Positions 24,992 to 36,900 of a stretch of DNA of 64,000 nt are shown in pieces. A model generated the notes under the pieces. The model saw only the letters and a list, made by a program, of their open reading frames with translations, searched no databases and was not told where the DNA came from. Positions within the stretch are counted from its first letter, which is position 1. Every line of letters begins with the position of its first letter. Both the position numbers and the translations under genes were made by a program. The stretch lies in the NCBI GenBank assembly GCA_038496445.1, contig JALMLS010000277.1, positions 248,001 through 312,000 on the forward strand. The letters are read 5' to 3'. This stretch comes from Trichosphaerium sp. ATCC 40318. Taxonomy: Eukaryota; Protista; Tubulinea.

Positions 24992-26917
24992 ATGGCACTA
25001 TCAGCTCTATACATACTTGACATAGGAGGAAGACCTATTATAGCGCGAGACTATCGCGGTGATGTGAATACGAGCAGTATTATAGACCACTTTAACGTAA
25101 AACGCTCACAAGTTGACGAAAGCGATATGAAGCCAATATTTAACCACTGTGGAACAAATTTCATATACGTAAAGCACAATGACCTCTATTGCACGTGTTT
25201 AGAGTTATCACAAACAAAATCTTATTAATACTAGTCCTAACTGTATCCAAACGTAACGCAGACGCATGCGTAGTGCTTGCATTCATGTATAAGTTGATTC
25301 AGGCATGTATCAAACTAGATAACCAAAAAAGCCGTTAACGACGTCATCACAGGTTCTTTCGGCGTATTTCAACGCTCTAGAGGAAGAAAGTCTTCGAGAC
25401 AATTTTGTTGTAACGTATGAGCTTCTAGACGAAATGCTTGACTTTGGATACCCTCAAATAAGCGAAATGGAGCTCCTGGAGCAGTACGAACTTGATACAT
25501 TTTTTATTCGAGTTTTCAAATAAAATCGCGGAAAAAGACGAGTTATCTCCGTCCGTTAATCGAGTGCAATCCGTAGGTGTATAACTCAAGAATCTAACAA
25601 ACTAAAAAGAAAAGAAGAAGTCTTACAACTACAAACAGGTCATAGACCTTTGTTCTATCCAGTCCCAGTGAAATACAAAAAAAATGAGGTAAAAAACCCA
25701 AAGTGCTCCAGGCTTTTTTACTGTTTTACTTACTTACACACGTGAAACAGGCTTTTATTGACGTTGTTGAGAAGATAAATATGCAAGTGTCTAGGACAGG
25801 TTCAGTCATACAATCTGAGATAATGGGGTACCATCAAGTACGTTGAATTTGATTGTAAAGCCAAACGACTTTTTTTGAACTGGCTGTTTCTTGAGAACCT
25901 TGATCATTGGTTGGTTCTTATAGCATCTAGAATGAAAGCAATTTTGAGTGGTGTTCCGGAAGTGAGCCTCGGATTAAATGATAAAATAGTCTTCCGACAA
26001 TACAACGATAAAGGTACATCTTTTGTCTATTTTTTTTTATTCTCAAAACAAACACTTTATTTAGTTATAAGGGGTCATGCCAATGTTACTTTTGTTGATC
26101 AAGTTTCTGTCAATCAATGTGTTAATCTTAAAAGGTTTGAAAAAGAAGGGGTACTGAGACTAATACCACCTCGTGCGTTGCAACAGCTGTTTCAGTTTTT
26201 TTTAAATGTGAAGCCATTAAAATACTCTGTTTTAGATGGAGATCACGTGATGATGAGTTACCGTGTATCCTCTGATATTAAGCCACCTATACGTGTGATT
26301 ATGGAATCAAATATACACAAAGGCAGCAGAGCAGAGTATCTCATAAGAGTAAGGAAAAAAACCCCAATTTGATTTTCGTGGTTGGTCTAATTTCTGTTGC
26401 TAGGTTCGCCCCCAGTTTGCTCAGTCAGCTGCTAAGTATGTAAAAGTCACAATACCTATATCACCAGATGCATCAGTGCCTATCTTTAAAGTACTGATAT
26501 ACATCTTAGAAAACAAATAATAACTTGTTCTAGTCAACTATTGGAAAAGCAGTGCATGCACCAGAGCTTGACGCTATTGTGTGGACAATCAAAACCTTGC
26601 CTCGTGGTAAAGAGTTTCTTTTGCGTGCCCACGTCAGCCTTTCGTCTATATCGTGCGGTATGAAACAACTCAGTCAAATTCAAGCTGTTAACATCTGACA
26701 ATTGTCACAGGTGCAAAGAGTGAGAAAAAACCAATTTCACTTCAGTATGAGCTTCCTGGTACCACAACAGGATTGCGTATTCGTTATATGAAGGTCATTG
26801 AAAGAGCAGGATACAAGGCTAATCTTTGGGTTCGCATTTGAAACAGTACTATGTAAAGCTAACCTTTGGTAGGTGAGATATATTACACAAAGTGGAGACC
26901 ATCAAATTCGTGTTTAG
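24992..26917 (+). CDS. AP1M: Adaptor protein complex medium (mu) subunit, AP-1 mu-like, divergent; possible 1-nt frameshift at 25825-25828
   Basis: MALSALYILDIGGRPIIARDYRGD; LEEESLRDNFVVTYELLDEMLDFGYPQ; KYKKNEAFIDVVE; LSGVPEVSLGLNDK; WVRYITQSGDHQIRV*. Confidence 0.85.
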
Positions 26918-27129
26918 TAGCTTGTACGCAGTAACAACTAAGTCCTACCTACAGAAATAAAAAAACAGTGAAGATCACGAGAAAGAAGAAGATTTCTTCT
27001 TGTAGTTTACTTGTTTTCACTCTTTTTCTTACAACAACAGAAATACAAAAGAAATCCTATTATCTTTGCGCGGTTACTCAAATCACGTGATCAACAAATT
27101 CCTCGTTTTTTCGGTTTTTTTTTTGTGTT

Positions 27130-28316
27130 TTAGATATCCTGCATATTCTGCAATGCTTGTTGCTACGGTATAAAGTTAAAGTGATAACTAACACAATGAA
27201 CCAAAAAAAAAAATTATTCAATTACCTTTTTGTGTATTTCTCTAGCCAGGTCTGTAAAAGCGCTATCAACTCCACTACTATTTTTGGCGCTTGTTTCTAA
27301 TACTGGAATACCATGTCTATCCGCTAATGCTGTAGCTTGTGCTGTAGAAACAGCTCTATCTTGTACCATATCGCTTTTGTTTCCAACCTTGTGTAATTCA
27401 GTGAGAAAACGTGAAATGAAAAATTTGAACAAATGTTTTGTTGAAAAAACTCATTTTCCGTCGATGATGTGTAGGTTTAAAGTACCATTAGTTTTGCGAC
27501 TTTCTCTGTTGCGAACTTTGCGATTTCACTTAACCAGTGCTCCACGTTTGTAAAACTTGCTTCTGTTGTTATGTCGTATGCAATAATAATACCATGACTA
27601 CGTCTGTAGTATGAACTTGTGATTGTTCTAAAACGTTCTTGGCCTAGTAATCGCACAGTGAATAACAAAAATAAAAACAAAATAAAAAAAATCTGCTTTT
27701 TTTGTTAAATCAGCGCTAGTACCAGCAGTGTCCTATGTAACATAATGATTAGATGACGATAATATACGTAGTAATGGTTTCAAATAAATACTTCAAAAAA
27801 AGAGAAACGTGATCAACTAGGTGCTACTGGTTCGTCAAAAGAAACTGTAGCCAAAAAAAAACTAACAAATGGAAGAACTCGGAACAATAAAACTAAAAAC
27901 CAAAAACTCGCGTTAACGTACCCAAATTGTAAGCTTAACCTGATCACCGTCTATATCTAATGTTCTTTCCTTGAAATCAACACCAATCTACACCAAACAT
28001 CAACCTCATACATTACTAAAACACTTCACATACAGTCGCAGTAAAAGCTTCATCATACGTTCCTCTCGTAAACCGCTTCACGCACGTGTTAAAATTTAAC
28101 GTAGTAAACGTCTCTACGTACCATCATTAGGGAACTCTTACCAACACCACTATCACCTTGATTGGTATACGTTATTTAGCCTAAATTCAAAAAAACCAAA
28201 GAGTATGACTTGGTACCTATCAACAAAACATGGTAATTATTCGTCTCTGACTTTTTACCAACCTTCAATCCGTTACTGTCGTCAGACTTTTTTTTCTTTC
28301 CATTGGAACAACCCAT
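27130..28316 (-). CDS. Rab GTPase, Rab1-like core, N-terminal MGC motif, no C-terminal cysteines
   Basis: [44 protein letters not shown]. Starts [10 protein letters not shown] and ends [10 protein letters not shown]. Confidence 0.88.
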
Positions 28317-28463
28317 TTGTGGGAGAAAAGGGTGTTTTGTGACTTCAAATTTCTAATTTGGTTTTTTGGTTTTTGGTCAAAAAGTCAACACAAAGTAAGC
28401 CAACAGCAAGATAAACGCCTTGTACAGCGCACCAGACCGTTACTGGTTTCTACGACATAAACA

Positions 28464-31410
28464 ATGGACTGTGGCAGTCTAATGTTGATAAGGTAATGGT
28501 TTATGCTGTTACCGTTGTTAATCGTGTGTAGGGATGTTTTTAGGCTCCGCTCAAAGATGTACGACATTTCTAGTGTTACAATTGTTGTTCCAAAGTAACG
28601 ATAACGTAAAGGAGTGACAGCGATCGTATTTTGATGGATCCAATAAAGAAATGGCGTCAATACAACAGATTTCCCTTCAAACTCGTTGTACACACTTGTG
28701 TATTCGTTCTTATTATCATACAGGTATATACTAATAGCATACTCGTTCTAACTGTCAGATTTTTGTCGTAGTGGACCAGTTTACAGATTATTACAGAGGT
28801 TCGTATTAAAAACACCACGAAACTATCTCCTTACGCGTCAAAGGGATGGACAGCACATTTACACATTACTTCTTACCAGAAGGTTCAAAACAAACCATAA
28901 TGCGTTTGTTTATTAATATGAATGGTAGAATACCAAAGCGGTCTTTTTACCATCAACGACGCTGTTGATTTTATAGAAAGAACAGTAAAAACAGTACGTT
29001 ATTTTTAATGCTAAATCTGTCAAAAAAGGTTAAACAATGACGAAGGTTTACTTACTATTGTGTAGTATTATAGTCTTAATTCAACATCTCCAGAGGTTCT
29101 TTATCCCGTTAGTATACATGGGGAGTTAGCACCTGTGTATATGGAGGTCATTAGGTACTCTAAATTGAGCTACTAAATTTGTCTTTTTTTCCAACTTTTT
29201 TTGTAGGTACCCTAAACGAAACATTTCTTTGGAGAATAGAGAAGTCGTTACAGAGCTTTTTGAGCTTACAAAGAAAGCTCCTCTTGGTCCATTAGCTAAT
29301 CTAGATAATTATCAACTTAATCAGTACTTCTTCTCTCTTGTTAGAATACGACAGTTCTTCAAAATCGAAGGTAATCTGACATTGCAACTTGGCTTTATTT
29401 GACACATTGTGACACTTTTTTTGTTTCTGACAAAAAAATTAGGTTTTGCTATCAGTGACTTTGCAGCTATACCTTTTATTTGGAATGTATCTCTTTATCT
29501 TGAAGATGCTAGCGGTATGATTGAGACATCAATAAAAACAGAGAAATTTATAGGTCACACAACCCAAGATTTTTATTTCAGTCAATCAGGTTCGCAACGC
29601 GTTTATTTTGACAAAGTTTAGCGCTCTTTCTTTTTACTTGTGTTTTAGGATGGTTGAATCTTTTTATTATTATATTTGCATGTACATCAACTGGACTCGC
29701 TATAAAGGCATTAATATCCGCATATGGAATATATAGACGCGCACAACGCAAGTTTTCTCAGGTGACCTTGAAAGCCCTTATTTTATATTTTTTTCCCGGT
29801 TTGTAAATTAAATACTTAATTTCTTCATTAGATACCTCCAGATAGACTGCTAGTGTATTGTAAAAACCAAATGATTAAACCTAGATTATCATGGAACGAA
29901 GTTCCTTTCTCTGTAAAACTGGACTTTTTTGGCATTTGGCACGTGATATTTTGATATCACATAGTTTCGTCATAAGCACAAGTAAAAAACAACTGTTAAC
30001 TTGCTGTTTAGGCACATACTTTCTCTTGCAGGAGATATTGTATTAGTAATTGGGTCTAGTATGGGATTAGCTCAAGACTTTGGTAGAGGAACAGCATACG
30101 CTGATATAAGTCGTATGCTTCTAGGTATCGGTACAGTAGTTGTTTGTTCAAATATGATGAAATATCTCGAATATCAGCCTAAATTCGCAACACTTATATT
30201 GACCTTGAAGTACTCTTTCAGTAACAATATTAGATTTTTACTATCGGTATGGGTTCCTTGTTATCTATACATGTGTTTATTATTGTATAGGTTGTACCTA
30301 TGTTTTTGGGTTTTGCTCTTTGTGGCTTGGTATGTTTCAGCCCTTACTCTTTACGTTTTGTCAATTTGACGAATACGTTAATCACGCTATTCGCATTACT
30401 CAATGGTGATGATATACATGCTACATTTAATGTCTTAAATGATTTTTACCCTTTCCCAGGCAAGTATAAGAAAAAGACAATGATAGTTTCGCACACGTGC
30501 GACAAAACATGTGCTCAAATTCGAAGCAAAGTTTTTTTATTTTTTTTTTGTCTATTTCTACTTTCTGTAGCACTACCTCACTGACATGTATTTATCTTAG
30601 TTTTCGCACAAATATACCTTTACAGTGTACGTTATTATTAAAGGTATAAACAAAACTCACTCTGAATTAGTTTGTTGTTCTGTTCATTACAGCTATTTTG
30701 AATATATTCATTTTCATAATCGAAGATGCTTATCATGCTGGTAAACTTACTGTACTAAGAAATCTGGATCCTGCAAAGTTGATGGAGATAATACAAGGAG
30801 AAGAAAGTCTTTTTCTTCATGAAACAAAAGATATCGATATTTACAGCCTTTTCCAAATCTTAGAGAGGTAAGAGCGAAATACAAAATCCCAAAAAGAAAA
30901 AATGTCCTTCTTTTTTCTTCTTCCACAGTTCCCATCTTATTACAATTTTACGTTCTTTTTAAACCTCAGACCACCTATTTAAATACCTTGCCTTAAATCA
31001 TAAAATTGGCAGTTTCGTTTTTGCTGACATCGGAATTTGAATGCCTAAGAACTGTGAAATAATATTTTTTTTTTCTATTCTTAACAAACCTAAATCCTGA
31101 AACTAGTGAACAAAATTATCTTCGAGATTATTCCTTTTCTCATGCTATGGGTATACAGTACGTAAAATATAAAATTCTTATTCAAGGATGACTAAAGGAA
31201 CATTACAGGGATGCACTAGATGAGGAGAAAGTGGAGCTTATTGATAATAAACAAAGTGAGCCTATAACAAATTCTATAGATCTAGTAGATTTAGTTATGA
31301 AGAAACAAAAGGAGTTTGTGGCGAACATAGAAAACGCTATGCGTGTAGAGAGAGAAAAGTTTCTACAAGAGCTACTTAATGATGTTGCAAGTGTTAAATT
31401 CCAGCAATGA
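28464..31410 (+). CDS. MCOLN: Mucolipin (TRPML) lysosomal cation channel
   Basis: LMDPIKKWRQYNRFPFKL; pore LFALLNGDDIHATF; FAQIYLYS|FVVLFITAILNIFIFIIEDAY. Exact start uncertain. Confidence 0.88.
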
Positions 31411-31881
31411 AACAATGATTTTTACCCATCAAGGCTAAGTTTTTTTTCCAGTAAACGTTCACGTTTTCAAACAACAAAGTAAACCGTAAATTCATTAAAG
31501 TTTCTGCCACTTTTATTGAACGTGTATAATCACAGTGAGTTGACGAGTACTACATACAATTTTAACAGAGGAAGTGTTTGAAGGCGTTGGAATGTGCACA
31601 CTATCATTCTAATATGATTGCTATGGACTTGAGAAATGTTGTACATTAAATTTATTTTCGTCGCCATACATACAACGGAGTCGTGAAAACCATCTAGGGA
31701 AAAATTGTCCGTTATCGCATCGCTGTTGACAGCTATTAAATACCGGATTGACTTGACTATTCAGTGTACCGGGAGGTGTTTACACAACGTAAACAATTGT
31801 AGGTGTCACTTTTTTTTAACTCGTTGTGCAATTCAAACTGCCCATACGTGTTTCTTTTCCACAAAATCTGGCAGAGTACAG

Positions 31882-33820
31882 CTAAACATTATTTTGTTTG
31901 TTCTCAAAAGCTCTAAGTTGCTTTGAAAACCCAGCATTTGGATTAACTAAGTTGATCAGAAAAAAAATACATTGATTTTCTTGTGAGTACCGCAGCTACG
32001 CTTGCTTTTTAAAAATATCAAAGCATCTGCCATAGATAATTTCTTGTGTGACATCAACCAAGCTGTAACAATTGTTCCACTTCTCGAGATACCAGCAGTG
32101 CTACAAGGTGAAATAAGTTTTTTGTTTCTAAGTAAACAATAATATGCACAATACCAGTGTACAAGCACTGATCCACCTTCCTCTAACGCTTTGTTAATCC
32201 AAGTAATGCATCTTGGTAAATCGTTTAATACATTTTGGTCTGGGGAGTCACTCCATCCAACTGACAAGTAGGATAACTTGAATAGAAATCAATGTTAACA
32301 CTAGTTATTTTTGGTTTGAAGTACCTCTGAAAAGAACTCATTTGTCTGCTCCTTTGCAGCGTTTAACACGTGTGTTATCTAAATAAATTCATTTTAATAA
32401 AAAAGAATAGTGAGATTAAAGTTACATACTCCAAGATGACGTAATAAACGTATGTGCTTTGCAGGACTTTTGCCAGAGATATACAAATTCTAAAGATTAA
32501 ACTTAAATACCCAATCTCTTGACATGATATTAAAAAGGCTACTTACTTCTGTTACCTTGTCTGGAAAGCACCAGTGGTATAGATCTAATTCATGTCGCCT
32601 ACAGTCTAGTAGTAATTGTGGTATTTCTTTAAACAGATTGAACTTGATTGAAAACTTGTTTAAGCGATCCAGAGTATCTAAGGTAATACAATGACTTGGG
32701 AACTTCTGTAATGAATTGTATGAGAAATCGAGATCTTCTAGGGCGTTATTTTGTATCATATCTAATACTTGAGACTCTGGGAGACTTGTTAAATTGTTGT
32801 GACTGACATTCAACGAATGAAGTGGAGCTTTAGGTATGAGTCCGATGTCTTTGAGTTCATTGTTGCTTTGTCAAAGTTAACGTTATCTAGTTGGATACAC
32901 ATTGTGCATACCTTAAGTCTAGTGTATGTAGAGAAGTGAGCTGTACCATCGAATGAGGTAGACTATGAATGGAATTGTGGGACAAGAGCAAGGTTTTAAG
33001 TTGCGGTGCAGTAAAACTTGGACATTCACCTAAGGTATTATTGGACAAGTCCAACACGGACAGGCTTGGTAGAATGGATGATATTTTGATATGTGTAATT
33101 GTATTTTTTGATAGAATAAGTACTTCCAGCTTTCTGAGTTTATCACAATCAATGTCTAAATTTTCCTTAGTTGGTTCTAGCAATGACTCGGCCTCTGGCG
33201 TACTTGTTAGAAAGTTGTCACTAGCTTTAAGTGATTTAAGAGATGTAGGAAGACTTGGTAGATTACTGAGTTCGTTATCAGTAACATCGATAGAAGATAA
33301 CTGAAGAAAACTGCTTGACATTAGAAATTTTTTGGTTGCTATTTTTTTCTGTACTTTTCCAAAAGTGGTAGCTCACTAAGCTTGTTTTGACTGGCACGAA
33401 GCGCAACCAAACTAGAGAGTGATAGAATGCAGTTCAAGTTCACTATCTTGTTCTTACTACAGTCAAGTTCTGTGAGCCTAAAGTATGTGATACAGATAGG
33501 ATGCAGCACTACAATTTCAGTGAAAACTTACTGTGGTAACGATTTGGCAAACTTGTCAATGGCTGTAAGGCCATTGTCTTGTACATCCAAAATTACTAAG
33601 TTAGATAGTGTGGGAATACTCTCAGACTCGAATAAGTTGTTGTATGATAAGTCTAAGGATACTAGCTATTTGACAACGTGGGTATGTTAATAATTATTAT
33701 ATGTACCTCTCGGCGCTCGTGTACGTACTCAGGGATCTTTTTGATCCATGTACACGACAAATCAAGATGTTTTTTGATTGTTTTAGTTGTAGGCTTGTTC
33801 TTTGGTCTTGATAGTTTCAT
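31882..33820 (-). CDS. Leucine-rich repeat + dual-specificity phosphatase (Dictyostelium Mpl-like architecture)
   Basis: Many LxxLxLSxNxL repeats, then VLVHC|TAGISRSGTIVTAWLM and PNAGFSKQL; catalytic HCxxGxxR intact. Confidence 0.85.
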
Positions 33821-33904
33821 GGGGGGCGTCAATTGTTAATTAAGTAACTGAAGAATGTCAATTGACACTGTTTGACGGAAATATTCTTTCTGAGTGCCCA
33901 CACT

Positions 33905-36900
33905 ATGTCATCTGGCGCTCAAGACGGTGATGGGGTATTAGAAAAGTACCTTTCAGCGATAAAGACAAGTGAGAAGACTGGCACCGTTTTAAAGGACATA
34001 AGTAGGTGTTATACGCGTATACAAGAACTCTGATGGTGTTTAGCACGCGAAGGAAAGAAAAACACAAATCTTGCCACCAAAACCGCCAAAGCGCTCGGCA
34101 ACGCGCTTTTTTGCGATCTACAACATATAACACGAAGTAAAGAGATCATCAAATTACTTGCTCTCTTTAGCAGAACGCATAAAGATCTACTCCATGAGAT
34201 ATATAAGAAACAATGCGATGTACGCTTAATACTGCTTAAATAATCCTGTATTCAAAATTCGCTTCGTTCTCTTCAAAAACGCCACTAAACGCTAATTATG
34301 ACGCTAGACGCTTGTGGCATCATTAGAAAGTAGTACAGATGCAAAACTGGCAAACATACTTGTCTCTTGTATCGCTTATCGTTTCTACATACCAGTACGC
34401 AATAAATACAACCTCATATGCTTACACGACATGCAAGGAGCTTATGGGTAACTATGACGCTTTGTACAAGTACTTTAAAAACACGTGCACTGTGTTAACT
34501 CAACAACTAAAAACCGCAAACCAACAGGTACCTACTTATTCAGTATTGCGGAATGCCACAAAACTATGAATCGAATGTCTTCTTTACAGTGCAACTGAGA
34601 AATTTCTAGGAATCTATGAGCCTCATGGCAACATTTGATGTAATGTTTAACGCCTTTCATCCTTTTTTAAAGTCACACGATCTGCTTCAAATGATCAAAG
34701 ATAAAAGTCAAAGTACTTGATTATTACCTTCCCTTTAAGGCGACTTACATAAAGTTAGGCTTCTCAAGGTTTGAGGATACAGGAGAAGTGGCTCAGTACA
34801 TAAATGCATTACATGTATACCCCCTATGGTCATATATACACTAACGCTTATTGTAGACGTTAGATTTACCCAATTTTACTGCTTTGAAGTTTATGACAGA
34901 GACAGCGGCTACTCTCCTCTGCCATCCGTGTTGCACTCGTGAAGTTCTTCATGGATGTTCAATGACACTTGCGCTCATACATAGGCAAGTTATTGAGCTT
35001 CTAGCTCCTCAACATATGAAGCTTGGTGAGGTGTTAAAGTACGCTTCAGTCTCTTGTTTGAATATTAAGTGGGTTTAGTACCTTCTTTGCTGGTGACACC
35101 ACGAGTCTATTTGCTGATAGAGTACTCAAAACAGATGTTTTTGGGAGGTTTGCATCATTCAATATGGAGACACGCATCAGTGTACAAAAGGGTTCTCTTG
35201 TAGTCGATCAAAATTTAATAATGTTCGTTAATATTAATATCGAATTTGTTGCTCTTCTCACAGGTAAATTTTAGGGAACCTGTTTTCCTCACAAAGCTTA
35301 AAGATATTATTATACATTACATGGAAAATTCATCAGTACCATACACACGGTATCTAATAATGACAGGTAAAGATTATCGGAACTATAAATACTTATAAAA
35401 TTAAGCGATGAACTTGATACTGCGTTCTGTTATAACTGCTTCTAAGAAGAGAAAAGAGGTATTACCAATGGCACAAGATTTCTTAGAGTCTTCTATATCT
35501 CTTATATGGAAAAACTGGAGTGACTCTTACGAGATGATGAACAACGAGGTAAATCTTAGTTTCTTAGCTTTTTTCTGATTTTAATTTCTGGTATTAGGTC
35601 AGAGCTATGTTCAAGCTTGTTTTGCAACTTCATGAGTTATGTAAGAAATCAAATGAGGATAAAATGCAAGATATATCATCACCAGACCTACTACATGATC
35701 TTGCTCGCCGCTTGGTATCAGTGGGTTGGAGTGCGAAGGTACAAGACGCTTTGTACTTTGATACACATTCTTACTATGCTCTTAGGGCAAATACCCGATT
35801 TTAACACTTTTAATACAACACCTTGGACCAACACCAATAATTGAGCTATGCCCAGACTTGATGCACCACATATTCGCTCATATGAAGTACGTTATAAGAG
35901 ATACTGTAGTAATCAATTACTCACATATTTTGTAGTAGCCAATCAATAAGAAAAAGTGCAACAAACCTAATGAAGACATTTCTTTCAAGTGAAAAGAAAA
36001 ATAGAAAAAAAGGAGACGTACGATAATAAATAAGCTATGTAGTCTCCTAAACCTCTACCTAGGATTGCTATGAGGTGTGGTGTAGGCCTATGTTACAAGC
36101 TTTGTTTGCAGATAAAGATACACTGCACGGTACAGAAAGAAATAGTTTGCATTTGTTAAGAGTACAATAGGTATTGTTACCTATGCATTACCCGAGCTTC
36201 TAAAACTATTCCCTGGATCTATACATCGCCTTGTCAGAGACACCTGCAGTTATAAAAGCACATCACCTTTATCATCAGATCATCTTTGCGTTCTGTTTAG
36301 TATTGTGAGAGTTGGTAGAGAGTTAGGCATTATTAAAAGCGAACAATTACCAGATCTGCTAAAAGGTAATAAGTTCAACAAGAAAATCATTCTTACGTTT
36401 TCTTTTCTTTCAAGACTTCCCTATGAAGTTCGCCGATATTGCACTACTAGGAGCAACTGGTAGAGATACAGGAATTAGCGTTTTATTATCTGTATCTCCA
36501 AAAGGAAGCAAGTATGATGAAGTAACAGAATTTGAAATATCTATTGTTAAGACATACTTGAACTATAACATTAAGGCACACTGCAATCTTGTCGGTTTAT
36601 TTTTGCTCTCTAACACTGATCATGTAGGAAACTACTCTTGGGAATAGAAATAACTCTGCTGCAATACTGAATGTATTTTTTCAACGTGTGATGGATACAG
36701 GGAATAGACTTATACGTGATAAAGATGTCGCTGGAATTAAGAAACTAGCTGACTTTTGGCAATGGTAAGCAATTCTTTTGTTGTTTGCTTTAACACATTT
36801 GTATTAGGATGGGCCAGTTTTTGGCTTATAATTTATATTTCTGTGGCACATGCACTCGCCAGATTATGGCTCTTAAAGTGTACTTCAAAATATGTGTTAA

